Of a DNA stretch of 62,031 nucleotides, positions 1 to 10,093 are shown in pieces. The stretch's first letter is position 1. Each line of letters begins with the position of its first letter. The position numbers were made by a program, and so were the translations under genes. This stretch comes from Rickettsiales bacterium (ex Bugula neritina AB1) (GTDB lineage Bacteria; Pseudomonadota; Alphaproteobacteria; CAJXXZ01; UBA1459): contig MDLE01000001.1 of assembly GCA_001730065.1 (NCBI GenBank), forward strand, positions 1 through 62,031. Direction: 5' to 3'. Below the pieces are notes generated by a model. That model searched no databases and was not told the DNA's origin. It saw only the letters and a program-made list of their open reading frames with translations.

Positions 1-298
1 CTATATATTATATTAATATATATTTATATAATTTGTTCATTATTTATTTTATAAAAATAAAATAAATTCAGTAAATGAGATTATAGAATGAATGATAAAT
101 AAAAGCTAATAGAAAAGGAATTACAATTATTAAAGATATAATATAGATAAATTTATTACTATTTTTTATACCATTAATGATATAATACTTGATATAATAG
201 CCAAAACTTTTCTATAACCTAAAGATTGTTGTTTTGGTTCTGTTCTTTTTGTTTGGTTTGTTGATTTATTTTTGTTTGTTGATTTATTTATAAATCCC

Positions 299-1147
299 TT
301 AAATACATCTTTTATAAATGATGTAAGCTTCTTTTAAAGCATCTTTAAGATTTTCTGTATATTTTGCAATTGTATTATTTTTTATAAATATATAATAAAT
401 TAAATATACTACGACAATACCTATAACAAAATAATTTATATTGATATTTATATTGATATTTTTTCGTTCTATTTTTAATCCTTTTAATCCAATTATATTA
501 TCTTTTATAAATGTATTAAATACATCTTTGATAAATGATGTAATTTTATCATTATTTAAGTTATTTAATTCTTTTTCTTTTAAGATTATTTCTCCATTTT
601 TATATTCTAAGTATTGATGCTTTATTTTGTCTATTACTCTTTCTAGTGTTAATAATCTACTAAAAGTATCTAATTCTTTAATTGTTTCTTCATAATCTAA
701 GAAACTTAAATTTAATGCATATAGTGCTTTCAGAGTAATATCTTGATATTCTTCTTTATTAAAATCTTTAATAAAATTTAAATATACTTCTAAGTTATTT
801 AAGAATTCTTGTAAGTTTAAGTTTTTTTTTCCTAATAATTCATTTATTTCTTTTGTTTGTTCTATTATCAATCCCATTACGTATTCTGGTAAAGAATAAC
901 CATAACCACTTAAAGATTCTATTTTAGAGATTAATTCTGCAACTTCTTTTATTTTTTCTTTATCTGCTGTTTTTATTTCTTCTTCTGAAAAATCTTCTTT
1001 TAAAGCATTTGTAAGATTTTCTTTATTTCTTTCAATTATATTATCTTTTTTATCTTTTTCTTCTTCTGTAAGTGGTTGTTTTATTTCATGATCCATACAA
1101 TCAACCGTAAAAAAAGTAATAATAAGTAAAAAATTTTTAATATTCAT
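299..1147 (-). CDS. Hypothetical protein with N-terminal signal peptide and C-terminal TM helix
   Basis: 282-aa ORF; MNIKNFLLIITFFTVDC leader; hydrophobic YFVIGIVVVYLIYYIFI; no recognisable family. Confidence 0.6.
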   Translation of the reverse strand: MNIKNFLLIITFFTVDCMDHEIKQPLTEEEKDKKDNIIERNKENLTNALKEDFSEEEIKTADKEKIKEVAELISKIESLSGYGYSLPEYVMGLIIEQTKEINELLGKKNLNLQEFLNNLEVYLNFIKDFNKEEYQDITLKALYALNLSFLDYEETIKELDTFSRLLTLERVIDKIKHQYLEYKNGEIILKEKELNNLNNDKITSFIKDVFNTFIKDNIIGLKGLKIERKNININININYFVIGIVVVYLIYYIFIKNNTIAKYTENLKDALKEAYIIYKRCI

Positions 1148-1174
1148 ATTATATAATAATACAACATATTATAT

Positions 1175-1210
1175 TATTATCATTTACTATACTATTATCA
1201 TTTACTATAC
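1175..1210. repeat. Intergenic tandem repeat, 2 x 18 bp (TATTATCATTTACTATAC)
   Basis: Exact direct duplication between divergent ORFs. Confidence 0.8.
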
Positions 1211-1261
1211 ATAAATATGAAATTAATAAAATTTTAATAAATGAATGATACATATTAAAAT

Positions 1262-2545
1262 ATGAAATATAATTTTTTTTTATTGTTATATATCAATATA
1301 ATATTTCAATTAAATAGTTTTAAAAACAATGAAAAATTTGTAGAGGTATGTGCCAAAATAAATTTAAAAGAACATTCATTTTATGATTTTAAACTTCCTT
1401 ATGAATTTTATATTTATGACAAAAAAATACCACAAAAAAAATTATATAATCTTACTAAGAATAAAGAGTTATTTCTACATTTAGTAATTATTATGCATCC
1501 TAAATTAAAACACACACAATATATTATAACTTTTTTGAAAGAAGTATTAGGTAATCGTATACCTATTAATCATTTATCAATAGAATTTTCTGAGGAAATG
1601 ACTAGTGATCGAGAACAATGGAAAAAAGTTACAAAAAGATTAAAAGATAACTTTAATAAATATAAAATATACTTTTTACAAGTATCTTATCCTTGGTTAG
1701 ACATAAAAAACAATAAAAGTAATATAAATTCTATGATAGAAGAAATGAAAAATAATATAAGATTAACATATAATCCAATAAATTATTTAGACGAAATTTC
1801 TTATCCTGTAAATGATCAAGAAAATAAAACTTCAGAGGATAACACTAATACGATAAAAAATAATACAATTAAAAATGAGGATGATAATGTTAGTACTAAT
1901 AGTAGTAATGAAATTAGTAACGAAACTATTCCATCTATAGAAAAATTAGATCATCCTAATGATGATTGTAAATCAATTAGTGATGTAACAGAAGAAAATA
2001 GAGAAGAAGAAAAATATTCACAAAAAAATAAAAATCCTTCACCAAAAAATGATTATAATGTAACAAATATATATATTTATCCTAAAAAAAAAAAGTTATA
2101 TGAAACTTTTCTTAATTTCTTAAGAGGATTTTTAGATACTCCAACACCAAATATTCAAATTCATAGTGAACATAAGTATATTAAAGAAAATACTATTGAA
2201 AATAAGAATAACGTAAATGTTTATTTTTTAGATAATATGGCAAAATATGCACAACCAGGAGATTTTTTCCACAATCGTAATAAAATTTTAGAGGAAATAG
2301 ATAAAGCTATAAAGAAAATAAATAAAAATCCAATACACATTACTATATATAATCCTCCTAATAATTCTTATCTAAATGGTATGAAAAATTTATTTAAAGA
2401 ATGTACTGAGTATGAATATACTTATGAAATTATAAAAAATAGACCTTATATGACTCCCTACTATACAACAAATTTGAATAATAATAAAGAAAATAATTCA
2501 CCATATAGGTGTTCTTATAATAAGAACTTAACATCCACCTATTGA
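1262..2545 (+). CDS. Hypothetical secreted protein with Asn/Glu-rich low-complexity middle
   Basis: 427-aa ORF; signal-like MKYNFFLLLYINIIFQLNS. Confidence 0.6.
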   Translation: MKYNFFLLLYINIIFQLNSFKNNEKFVEVCAKINLKEHSFYDFKLPYEFYIYDKKIPQKKLYNLTKNKELFLHLVIIMHPKLKHTQYIITFLKEVLGNRIPINHLSIEFSEEMTSDREQWKKVTKRLKDNFNKYKIYFLQVSYPWLDIKNNKSNINSMIEEMKNNIRLTYNPINYLDEISYPVNDQENKTSEDNTNTIKNNTIKNEDDNVSTNSSNEISNETIPSIEKLDHPNDDCKSISDVTEENREEEKYSQKNKNPSPKNDYNVTNIYIYPKKKKLYETFLNFLRGFLDTPTPNIQIHSEHKYIKENTIENKNNVNVYFLDNMAKYAQPGDFFHNRNKILEEIDKAIKKINKNPIHITIYNPPNNSYLNGMKNLFKECTEYEYTYEIIKNRPYMTPYYTTNLNNNKENNSPYRCSYNKNLTSTY

Positions 2546-2604
2546 TAATAATATTGAGAAAATCTATTTGGAGAAAAAATAGAATTTGGTATACTTTTCA
2601 GAAA

Positions 2605-2675
2605 GCCCTTTTAGTTTAGTGGTAAAACATTTCTTTCGTAAAGAAAAAACAATAGTTCGATTCTGTTAAAGGGCA
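2605..2675 (+). tRNA. tRNA-Thr(CGT)
   Basis: Cloverleaf: GCCCTTT/AAAGGGC acceptor, TTTCT-TTCGTAA-AGAAA anticodon arm, TTCGATT T-loop; no encoded CCA. Confidence 0.9.
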
Positions 2676-2676
2676 T

Positions 2677-4467
2677 TCAACAAAAATAATCATCTATCTG
2701 AAAAAAATAATTACTTAGTTCATTAATTTTATTTTTGTTATAAGTTTTATTATAAATAATAGATTTAGCTTTATTAAATAAATCTTCTTCTATTTCTCCA
2801 AATTTAAATTGCTGAAATCCCCATTGTTGCTCCTTAAATATATTACCACTACCACGTATTTTTAGGTCCTCTTCTGCAATTTTCCAACCACATTCTGTTT
2901 TTGAAAAAAAATTAATACGTTCATTATCTTTATTATTGATTAAAAAACAAATGCTATCATTACCATGACGTCCTACACGTCCCCTAAGTTGATGAATAGT
3001 AGATAGTCCAAAATTTTCTGCATCTTCAATTACAATATAGTTTAAATTTTTAATATCTATACCTGTTTCTACACAAATAGTTGACACTAATATACCTTTA
3101 TGAAAATTATCAATAATCTGAAATTTTTCTTCATCTTTCATATCACCATGTATATAAGTACTGTCAATCCCTAACTCTTTAAAGTAATAATAACGTTCTA
3201 TTACACCTATTTTATTTTTGTAATTTTTAATGGATGAGGTAATCCATAAAATCTTTTCATCACTACTAACTTTCTTAACAAAATCTAAAATTTCTTCAAT
3301 TTTTTTTATTATTTTTGTTGTACGTTGACTTTTAAAAGGTTTAGTTTTCAAAACAGATAAATTAATATATCCATTTTTAATTAAATATAAACTACGGGGA
3401 ATAGGAGTAGCAGATAATAATAATAGATCACTTTTAGGATATTTATCTAATAATTTTTTTCTTTGTAATAATCCAAATTTATGTTGTTCATCAATAATAA
3501 GATATCCAATATTATCAATGTGTTTATCATTTATTAAAGCATGTGTACCAAAAAAAACTGTATTCTTTTCTGAATAATTATAATTTTGATTTTTATAACC
3601 ACCAATTATTAAATCACATCTTAAATTTGGAAACATTTCTTGAAAATTTTTAAAATGTTGACGGGCTAATATTGTAGTTGGTGCCATAAAAACTGCATTA
3701 AACCCACTTAATAATGTTTTCATAATACCTAAAAATGCCACTAATGTTTTACCAGTTCCCACATCTCCTTGTAAAAAACGAATTTTTCTTTTAGGACTTT
3801 TTAAATCTTCTACTAGGTCTTTTAAGACATTTTTTTGGCAATTTGTTAATGAAAACTTAAAACTACATAAAGTTTCTTTACTTATTCCTTCTAAAAAATT
3901 AATATTTTTAAACTTATGCCAAAAGCATGTATACTCATACAATTTTAGTACATTAATTGCCTCTTGAATTTCTAAAAAAGAAAATTTTTTTAAAACATGT
4001 ACTTTTAATAAAGATTCTTTTAATGATAAATTTACATTTTTTATGTATCCTGCATTTGGTAGTTTAAATAAAATATCTCGAATTTTTTCTTGATGTAATT
4101 TAAGGTTTTCAACACCTTTATATTTAATTACCACAAAAGATTTTATTTCTCCTAAATAGTATTTTGGATATAACATACAAAAATATCCATTATTATTATA
4201 AATTATTCCTGCAAAAGAATAGTTAATATTAGATTTAAGAAAAATTCTCATTTTTTTATGGAAATATCCTTTGAAAATTTTATTACTATTTACATCTTTT
4301 AAGGTAATAACTTTATAGTTATTTGAAATATCTGATTTTATAACTTGACAAAGAATAATAGGTATATAATTTGTATTTGATTTTAAAGAATTTAAGTCTG
4401 TTGTTTTATAAAATTTATAATTATTAGGAATATTAAAAAGAAGGTTATATTCCTCTTGTGTAATCAT
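2677..4467 (-). CDS. recG: ATP-dependent DNA helicase RecG
   Basis: LQGDVGTGKT, APTTILARQH, DEQHKFG, SATPIPRS, HQLRGRVGR, EDLKIRGSG motifs. Confidence 0.95.
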   Translation of the reverse strand: MITQEEYNLLFNIPNNYKFYKTTDLNSLKSNTNYIPIILCQVIKSDISNNYKVITLKDVNSNKIFKGYFHKKMRIFLKSNINYSFAGIIYNNNGYFCMLYPKYYLGEIKSFVVIKYKGVENLKLHQEKIRDILFKLPNAGYIKNVNLSLKESLLKVHVLKKFSFLEIQEAINVLKLYEYTCFWHKFKNINFLEGISKETLCSFKFSLTNCQKNVLKDLVEDLKSPKRKIRFLQGDVGTGKTLVAFLGIMKTLLSGFNAVFMAPTTILARQHFKNFQEMFPNLRCDLIIGGYKNQNYNYSEKNTVFFGTHALINDKHIDNIGYLIIDEQHKFGLLQRKKLLDKYPKSDLLLLSATPIPRSLYLIKNGYINLSVLKTKPFKSQRTTKIIKKIEEILDFVKKVSSDEKILWITSSIKNYKNKIGVIERYYYFKELGIDSTYIHGDMKDEEKFQIIDNFHKGILVSTICVETGIDIKNLNYIVIEDAENFGLSTIHQLRGRVGRHGNDSICFLINNKDNERINFFSKTECGWKIAEEDLKIRGSGNIFKEQQWGFQQFKFGEIEEDLFNKAKSIIYNKTYNKNKINELSNYFFQIDDYFC

Positions 4468-4493
4468 TATTTGTAAATTATATAATAGTTGTA

Positions 4494-7400
4494 CTAAATA
4501 GGTAAACTAAAAAATAAATTTTTATCAAAAATAATATGAATGTGTAAATGAGAGTTTGATAAAGGTACGTGATATTTGAATATTACTTTGTCTTCTTCTA
4601 TTATATGTTTTTGTTTCATTAAAAATCTATAAAAACACCAAAAATTATTAAATTTCATTTCTAAATAATGACCTTTTCTTGTAATACTATAATGTTTGTT
4701 AATTATTTTATTAATTTTATAATTAATTTTATTATTATTAGATTTTAGAGGAATACGAATAATTAACTCATTGTGAAAATATAAACTAACATCTTTTTCT
4801 GAAAGTTTATTTATATCATATTTTATATCATCTATAATAATATTTTCAAGTGGTTTAAGGGTCTTATGATTAAAGGGTTCTTTCACTAAAATATTAAATT
4901 TTGTTTTTATATAATGTCCTTTGTAATTTTGAAATATATTATTTTTATAGAAATATAATTTATTAAGAATATTACTTTCATATAAATTCAAGTCTTTTAT
5001 ATTAATGTTTTTAAATATATTAATTTGTTCATTGTTTGTATCAAGAAATTGCATAAACATTTTAGTAGTTATTATAGATGAACTATTTCTATTAAAAGGA
5101 TAATAATTTAGAATATTTTTAAATTCTTTATGAAATTGTGAATAATTTTTTTCTAGATATTTTTGGATATTTTTATTACATAAATTTTTTAAATCTTCTT
5201 TAAATATATAAAGATTATTATCAATAATATTATTATTTATAACTTTTTTATCTGTTAAAATTTTATTATTTTTATAATAATCAAAATTTTCTAAACTCAT
5301 AATAAAATCTCTAAATCTATTAAAAGAATTATTTTTTCCTTGTTTATATTTTTCTATTTCTTGAAGGATATTTATATATTTGATAAAATTTTTACTTTTT
5401 AATACTCCTAAGTGTCTATTATTTAAAATCATCAATATTTCTCTTATAAAATTTTCATTAATAAAAATTATATTTTGTAAATCTTCTTCAATACTTGAAG
5501 TAACTGTATTTACATCATTAGTAAAAAAAAGATTTTCATAAATACTATTTTGTAATTTTAATTTATATTTGTTAATATTAAAAAAAATATTTTTATATAA
5601 CTCTCTTTCTATGTAATTATCAATACAATATAAATCATTTTTTATAATATTAATCATATTATTATAAGTTTCTATATCATTAGCACTTTGAAAAAAATCT
5701 AATAAAATTGTAATGTTTGATAAAGAATCATGGAAATTTTTAATATCATTTAATCCTTCAAATGGCTTTGTAATACGATATTGTAATACCTTATTAAAAA
5801 TAGATTTGGAACTATTTTTTTTACAGATAAATAATAAAGTATTTTTTACCTTTGGAGAATATTTTGTAAGAATATTATTAATTGTATTTTCACTAATATC
5901 TTGGTTAATAACATTTTGTAATTGTCCTAAATTCCAATAACTAAAATTTTTGTTATCATTAATATTTACAACACTATTTATGGGTATATAATTATTCATT
6001 ATAGGTTCATTAATAAAATTTTTTAGATCATCTATTACACTTGTAACTTCTTTATTAAATTCAATAATTTTTTTATTAATATCAAAAATAAATATAAAAC
6101 CAAGGTGTTGTTGTTTGAGGTGAGAAATTTCATACATAAAATTTTTTGTATATTCATCCAGTTCAGGTGTAATTTTATTACTAATATTATCACTAAAAAT
6201 TATACTATTTTTTAAATTTTTACTTAACTTTTCTATTTTTATAATATCTTTAATAATTATTTTATTAATTATAAATGATAATAGTTTTTTATGTAGATTA
6301 ATAATATTTTTAATACCTTCTATTGTATATATACCTTTTGACATAAAAATATTAAAACTATCATCAAACCTTTTAAAGGTTATTTTAATAGGATGATATT
6401 CTAGGGATTTAGCGAATCTATTATATAAAATTAACACATTTGTATGAATTTCTTTTAGAGTAGAGGAAAAAGATAACTTAGCATTTTCTATAGATTTTTC
6501 ACTACGTTTTGTATAAATACCAAATCTATAAGTTTTTTTATGACTAAATATATGGTTTTCCATTTCTACTACTCTTATAATATAATCATATAAATTCATA
6601 AGATCTTCTTCGTAGTTTTTATTTGTACTTTTACTAATGTGTTTAAAAGAAAAAAAACTTAAAAGATCTTCAATTTCACATAGATCTTCATAAATATTTT
6701 TTAACATATATTTATGAGGAAAAAAGTGAGAGTACATATTTGATAAATTAATTTCTCCAATACGATTTAAAATTTCATATGTAACATAATTTTTACGTTC
6801 TTCACTATTTTTATTATCTATATTTGAAGTAATATCTTGTATGTTTTCTATGAAATCGTTATATCTTATATAAAAAGATGCAATATTTTTATATTGAATT
6901 AATAAATAAAAAAAACCAAAAAACACTAAAAAAAACATTAGTAATTTATGTAGGCTTTTATATCGTGGTATGATAACTAATCCTTGTATTGGTGTTCCTA
7001 AAAATACCTCTTCTTCTACTATTTTATGCATATAGGAAATAAAAAATGTATTTGCTACATAATTATTATTATTTTCACCAATACTATATAAATAATCACT
7101 AGATAAAGAAAAAAAAACACCTCTAAATTTATAATCTTTAACTTGCATTAATGTTTCAGTTGTCATCACAAGATTATCAAAATGAGAATAATAATCACCA
7201 TTAAAATCAATAGAATATTTATCATTGTTTATTAATTTATAATTAATAACATTAAATAACGCATGATATTCTTCTCTTATATTTTTATTTTCTCTTATTA
7301 AAAAACCTAATATTTCATCCTCAATATTATTATGAAGATATATACTCCAATTTAAATTTTTAAATACTAAATAAATTGGTAAACAATACCCTACTGTTAA

Positions 7401-7898
7401 ACGAATATAATCTAATTTATTTTTAGGTATACTTTCTTCATAAGATAATTTTAATACTATAGAATTAACGCATCTATTACTTTTAATTGATTTAAGAAAA
7501 TTTATAATAAACTCTACTTGATTTAAATCCATAATATAAAAATAAATTTTTTTATTTATAAAATACCAACATAATTTATCATCACCTGTTTCAAATACAT
7601 AATTCTTTACTATATCTTTTTCTCCTAATATAACAATTATTGGCACATCATCCGAAAGAGAATTAAGAAGTTTTTCTAATTCCAATAGTATTTTTGTAGT
7701 TGAATTTCTATAAAATATTCCTAATATGTATAACCATATTCCCTGTACTAAGGGTGCAGGATTCCATATAAATTTAGATGTATTATAACGATATTTCCAT
7801 AATAACATCATTAATGCAAAAATTATAAGAACAGCTATCGTATATACAATCATTAATTTCCATATATAAAAAAATTCTACAATACTAGAGAGTGCCAT
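4494..7898 (-). CDS. tssM: Type VI secretion membrane-complex protein TssM/IcmF-like (highly diverged)
   Basis: 1134 aa; N-terminal TMs plus a TM near aa 320-335; remnants RCVNSIVLKLS, LPIYLVF, FRGVFFS, YYPFN resemble IcmF motifs; overlaps the upstream tssL-like gene. Confidence 0.6.
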   Translation of the reverse strand: MALSSIVEFFYIWKLMIVYTIAVLIIFALMMLLWKYRYNTSKFIWNPAPLVQGIWLYILGIFYRNSTTKILLELEKLLNSLSDDVPIIVILGEKDIVKNYVFETGDDKLCWYFINKKIYFYIMDLNQVEFIINFLKSIKSNRCVNSIVLKLSYEESIPKNKLDYIRLTVGYCLPIYLVFKNLNWSIYLHNNIEDEILGFLIRENKNIREEYHALFNVINYKLINNDKYSIDFNGDYYSHFDNLVMTTETLMQVKDYKFRGVFFSLSSDYLYSIGENNNNYVANTFFISYMHKIVEEEVFLGTPIQGLVIIPRYKSLHKLLMFFLVFFGFFYLLIQYKNIASFYIRYNDFIENIQDITSNIDNKNSEERKNYVTYEILNRIGEINLSNMYSHFFPHKYMLKNIYEDLCEIEDLLSFFSFKHISKSTNKNYEEDLMNLYDYIIRVVEMENHIFSHKKTYRFGIYTKRSEKSIENAKLSFSSTLKEIHTNVLILYNRFAKSLEYHPIKITFKRFDDSFNIFMSKGIYTIEGIKNIINLHKKLLSFIINKIIIKDIIKIEKLSKNLKNSIIFSDNISNKITPELDEYTKNFMYEISHLKQQHLGFIFIFDINKKIIEFNKEVTSVIDDLKNFINEPIMNNYIPINSVVNINDNKNFSYWNLGQLQNVINQDISENTINNILTKYSPKVKNTLLFICKKNSSKSIFNKVLQYRITKPFEGLNDIKNFHDSLSNITILLDFFQSANDIETYNNMINIIKNDLYCIDNYIERELYKNIFFNINKYKLKLQNSIYENLFFTNDVNTVTSSIEEDLQNIIFINENFIREILMILNNRHLGVLKSKNFIKYINILQEIEKYKQGKNNSFNRFRDFIMSLENFDYYKNNKILTDKKVINNNIIDNNLYIFKEDLKNLCNKNIQKYLEKNYSQFHKEFKNILNYYPFNRNSSSIITTKMFMQFLDTNNEQINIFKNINIKDLNLYESNILNKLYFYKNNIFQNYKGHYIKTKFNILVKEPFNHKTLKPLENIIIDDIKYDINKLSEKDVSLYFHNELIIRIPLKSNNNKINYKINKIINKHYSITRKGHYLEMKFNNFWCFYRFLMKQKHIIEEDKVIFKYHVPLSNSHLHIHIIFDKNLFFSLPI

Positions 7899-8499
7899 AT
7901 ATCTTCCTTATTTTTGAAACAATTATAGATGTATTTTTCATATGTTGTTTTATACTAAAATAATACATTCCTTCATTTAACAAAAAAAAAACTATTAAAA
8001 TACTTCCACATATTTTTTTAAAACTCCAATAAGATTTATTATTTATAATACGAAAAGTTTCATAAGGTACTAAATTTATATCATATAAAATATTTTCTTT
8101 ATAAATTTCCATTAATTCTTTTTTGCGGGAAGTATGTAAACCTATTTCTATTCCAATAGTAGCAATTTCTATAAACATAACATTAAAAATATTATTATCA
8201 ATAATTTCATCTACATATTTTTGAAAAATAGTTTCTCCCATATTAGTACCAAATAAATAAAGCTCACCTGTATTATTTATCCATTCTTCAGGATTATTCA
8301 TATTTTGAATAAGAATTTCATCTCCCATAATAATAATAATTTGTATTATTTTTTTTGTATAATAACTATCGATATTTTTGTTCTTTTCCAGAAATTCTTC
8401 TTTAAAAGCCCACATATAATCGTAAACTTTTTCTTTTTGAAATGGTTTATGAGAAATATTTTTTATTTCATATAAAAATTTATGTAATTCCGTCAACAT
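7885..8499 (-). CDS. tssL: Type VI secretion TssL/DotU family protein
   Basis: GDEIL...W...ELYLFGTNMGETIFQ resembles the DotU signature (DE..L...W....L....F....GE.FF); single C-terminal TM; adjacent to the tssM-like gene. Confidence 0.65.
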   Translation of the reverse strand: MLTELHKFLYEIKNISHKPFQKEKVYDYMWAFKEEFLEKNKNIDSYYTKKIIQIIIIMGDEILIQNMNNPEEWINNTGELYLFGTNMGETIFQKYVDEIIDNNIFNVMFIEIATIGIEIGLHTSRKKELMEIYKENILYDINLVPYETFRIINNKSYWSFKKICGSILIVFFLLNEGMYYFSIKQHMKNTSIIVSKIRKIYGTL

Positions 8500-8544
8500 T
8501 TATAATATGATAAATTTTTTTTTTTTAAAAAATCGTTAATTTTT

Positions 8545-9030
8545 TTATATTTCATATATATTTTTTAAAATACTTTCTTTCATATTTAAAATATTTTTAT
8601 AATCACTGTTTTCTATAGTACTTAATACAAATGTATTTAAATCTATATTAATGGGTTTTGGTCCTACACCAATACGAACTCTATAAAAATTATCACCTAT
8701 ATATTGTTGAATACTTTTTATACCATTATGTCCATAATTTTTATCATTTTTTTCAATCTTATATTTTCCTAATTTTGTACGAATATCATCAAAAATAACA
8801 AAAATATTTTTAAAATTTCTATATTTTATAAATTCATATATATTTTTTCCAGATATATTCATTATAGAAGGGTTATAATAGTAAAATATTCCATCTTTTT
8901 CATATAAGTTATTTTGAATTTTTTTTACATTTTCAAAAGATAATAAGTAATAAATTAAAATATCACCACCAATATTGTGAACTGTTTTATATAAATTTGG
9001 ATTACCAAGACCTATTATTAATGTTTTCAT
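8545..9030 (-). CDS. pth: Peptidyl-tRNA hydrolase
   Basis: IIGLGNP, HNIG, MNISG, GHNGIKSI, RVRIGVG. Confidence 0.95.
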   Translation of the reverse strand: MKTLIIGLGNPNLYKTVHNIGGDILIYYLLSFENVKKIQNNLYEKDGIFYYYNPSIMNISGKNIYEFIKYRNFKNIFVIFDDIRTKLGKYKIEKNDKNYGHNGIKSIQQYIGDNFYRVRIGVGPKPINIDLNTFVLSTIENSDYKNILNMKESILKNIYEI

Positions 9031-9036
9031 ATATAA

Positions 9037-9999
9037 CTATACTATATTAAATAAGCATAGTATTTCAATTATGATTTCATTAATTAATGGAATACTTAGA
9101 ATAATCATTCCTATGATTGTTAATATATTTAAGATAATCAATAATACTCTTTTGTTTTTTTGGGACATTTTTCCAAAAGATAAAAATATATCAAAAACAC
9201 TGAACAACACCCAAAAACCATCTAGTGGTACAAAAGGTATAAGATTAAATAATCCTAAACTTAAAGATAGATTAATCAAAAATTTCAAAAGTAATAAAAA
9301 AATTGCTTTTTTATTAGATTGAGAATCAATAGATTTTGAAATAATTTTATTTATACTAATAAAAGATTTTACGTTATTAAAACTTCTTTTACTAATTAAA
9401 TTATAAATACCAACTATATTTTTTTTAAATAAATACCAACTATAAAATATATTGTTATTAAAACCACGAAGAAAATATCTTTCTTCTTTAAGTTTTTTAA
9501 AATTTTGTTCATTTACAAATCTATGTCCATCAAAAGTTACATCTTTGTCTTTATATTTATGAATAACAAATCCATCTTTTGTAAAATAATATATATTTTG
9601 TTCTGCTTTGTATTTATATACATCAATACCTACAAAATATGTTAAACCAATTATACCTACAAAAAAAAATAATATATTGAATAAAGGTCCTCCCATTGCA
9701 TATATAATTCTTTTTATAGGAGATGTTAATAACATTGCATCAATTTCAGAAATATTATTATGGTTATCACTAAAACTTACATAACCACCTAAAGGAATTA
9801 GATTAAGGGACCATACAGTTTTATGTTTATCTTCAGATTGGAAAATATTAGGGCCAAAACCTACTGCAAATTCTTTTACATCAACACCTACATATCTTGC
9901 AGTAATTAAATGTCCAAGTTCATGAATAAATGTTAAAAATAATACAATAGAAATAAAAAAAAACATGTGTAAAATATTCATATATTTGCATACTACCAT
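9037..9999 (-). CDS. rseP: Site-2 metalloprotease RseP (no evident PDZ domain; likely start at 9981)
   Basis: HELGH, FAVGFGP, IPLGGYV, GGPLFN, FNLIPFVPLDG. Confidence 0.9.
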   Translation of the reverse strand: MVVCKYMNILHMFFFISIVLFLTFIHELGHLITARYVGVDVKEFAVGFGPNIFQSEDKHKTVWSLNLIPLGGYVSFSDNHNNISEIDAMLLTSPIKRIIYAMGGPLFNILFFFVGIIGLTYFVGIDVYKYKAEQNIYYFTKDGFVIHKYKDKDVTFDGHRFVNEQNFKKLKEERYFLRGFNNNIFYSWYLFKKNIVGIYNLISKRSFNNVKSFISINKIISKSIDSQSNKKAIFLLLLKFLINLSLSLGLFNLIPFVPLDGFWVLFSVFDIFLSFGKMSQKNKRVLLIILNILTIIGMIILSIPLINEIIIEILCLFNIV

Positions 10000-10093
10000 A
10001 GATTTATAAATAAAATAAACGTATAATAAAATAAATTATTTTATAAAAATTTTTTGGATGTTTTTATAAAAATTTGTTATATAATTATTATAT

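Noticed and set aside
10030-10080. Repeated TTTTATAAAA palindromes upstream of dnaJ as an operator (CIRCE-like)
   Set aside because: No match to CIRCE, and such A/T palindromes are expected by chance at this composition
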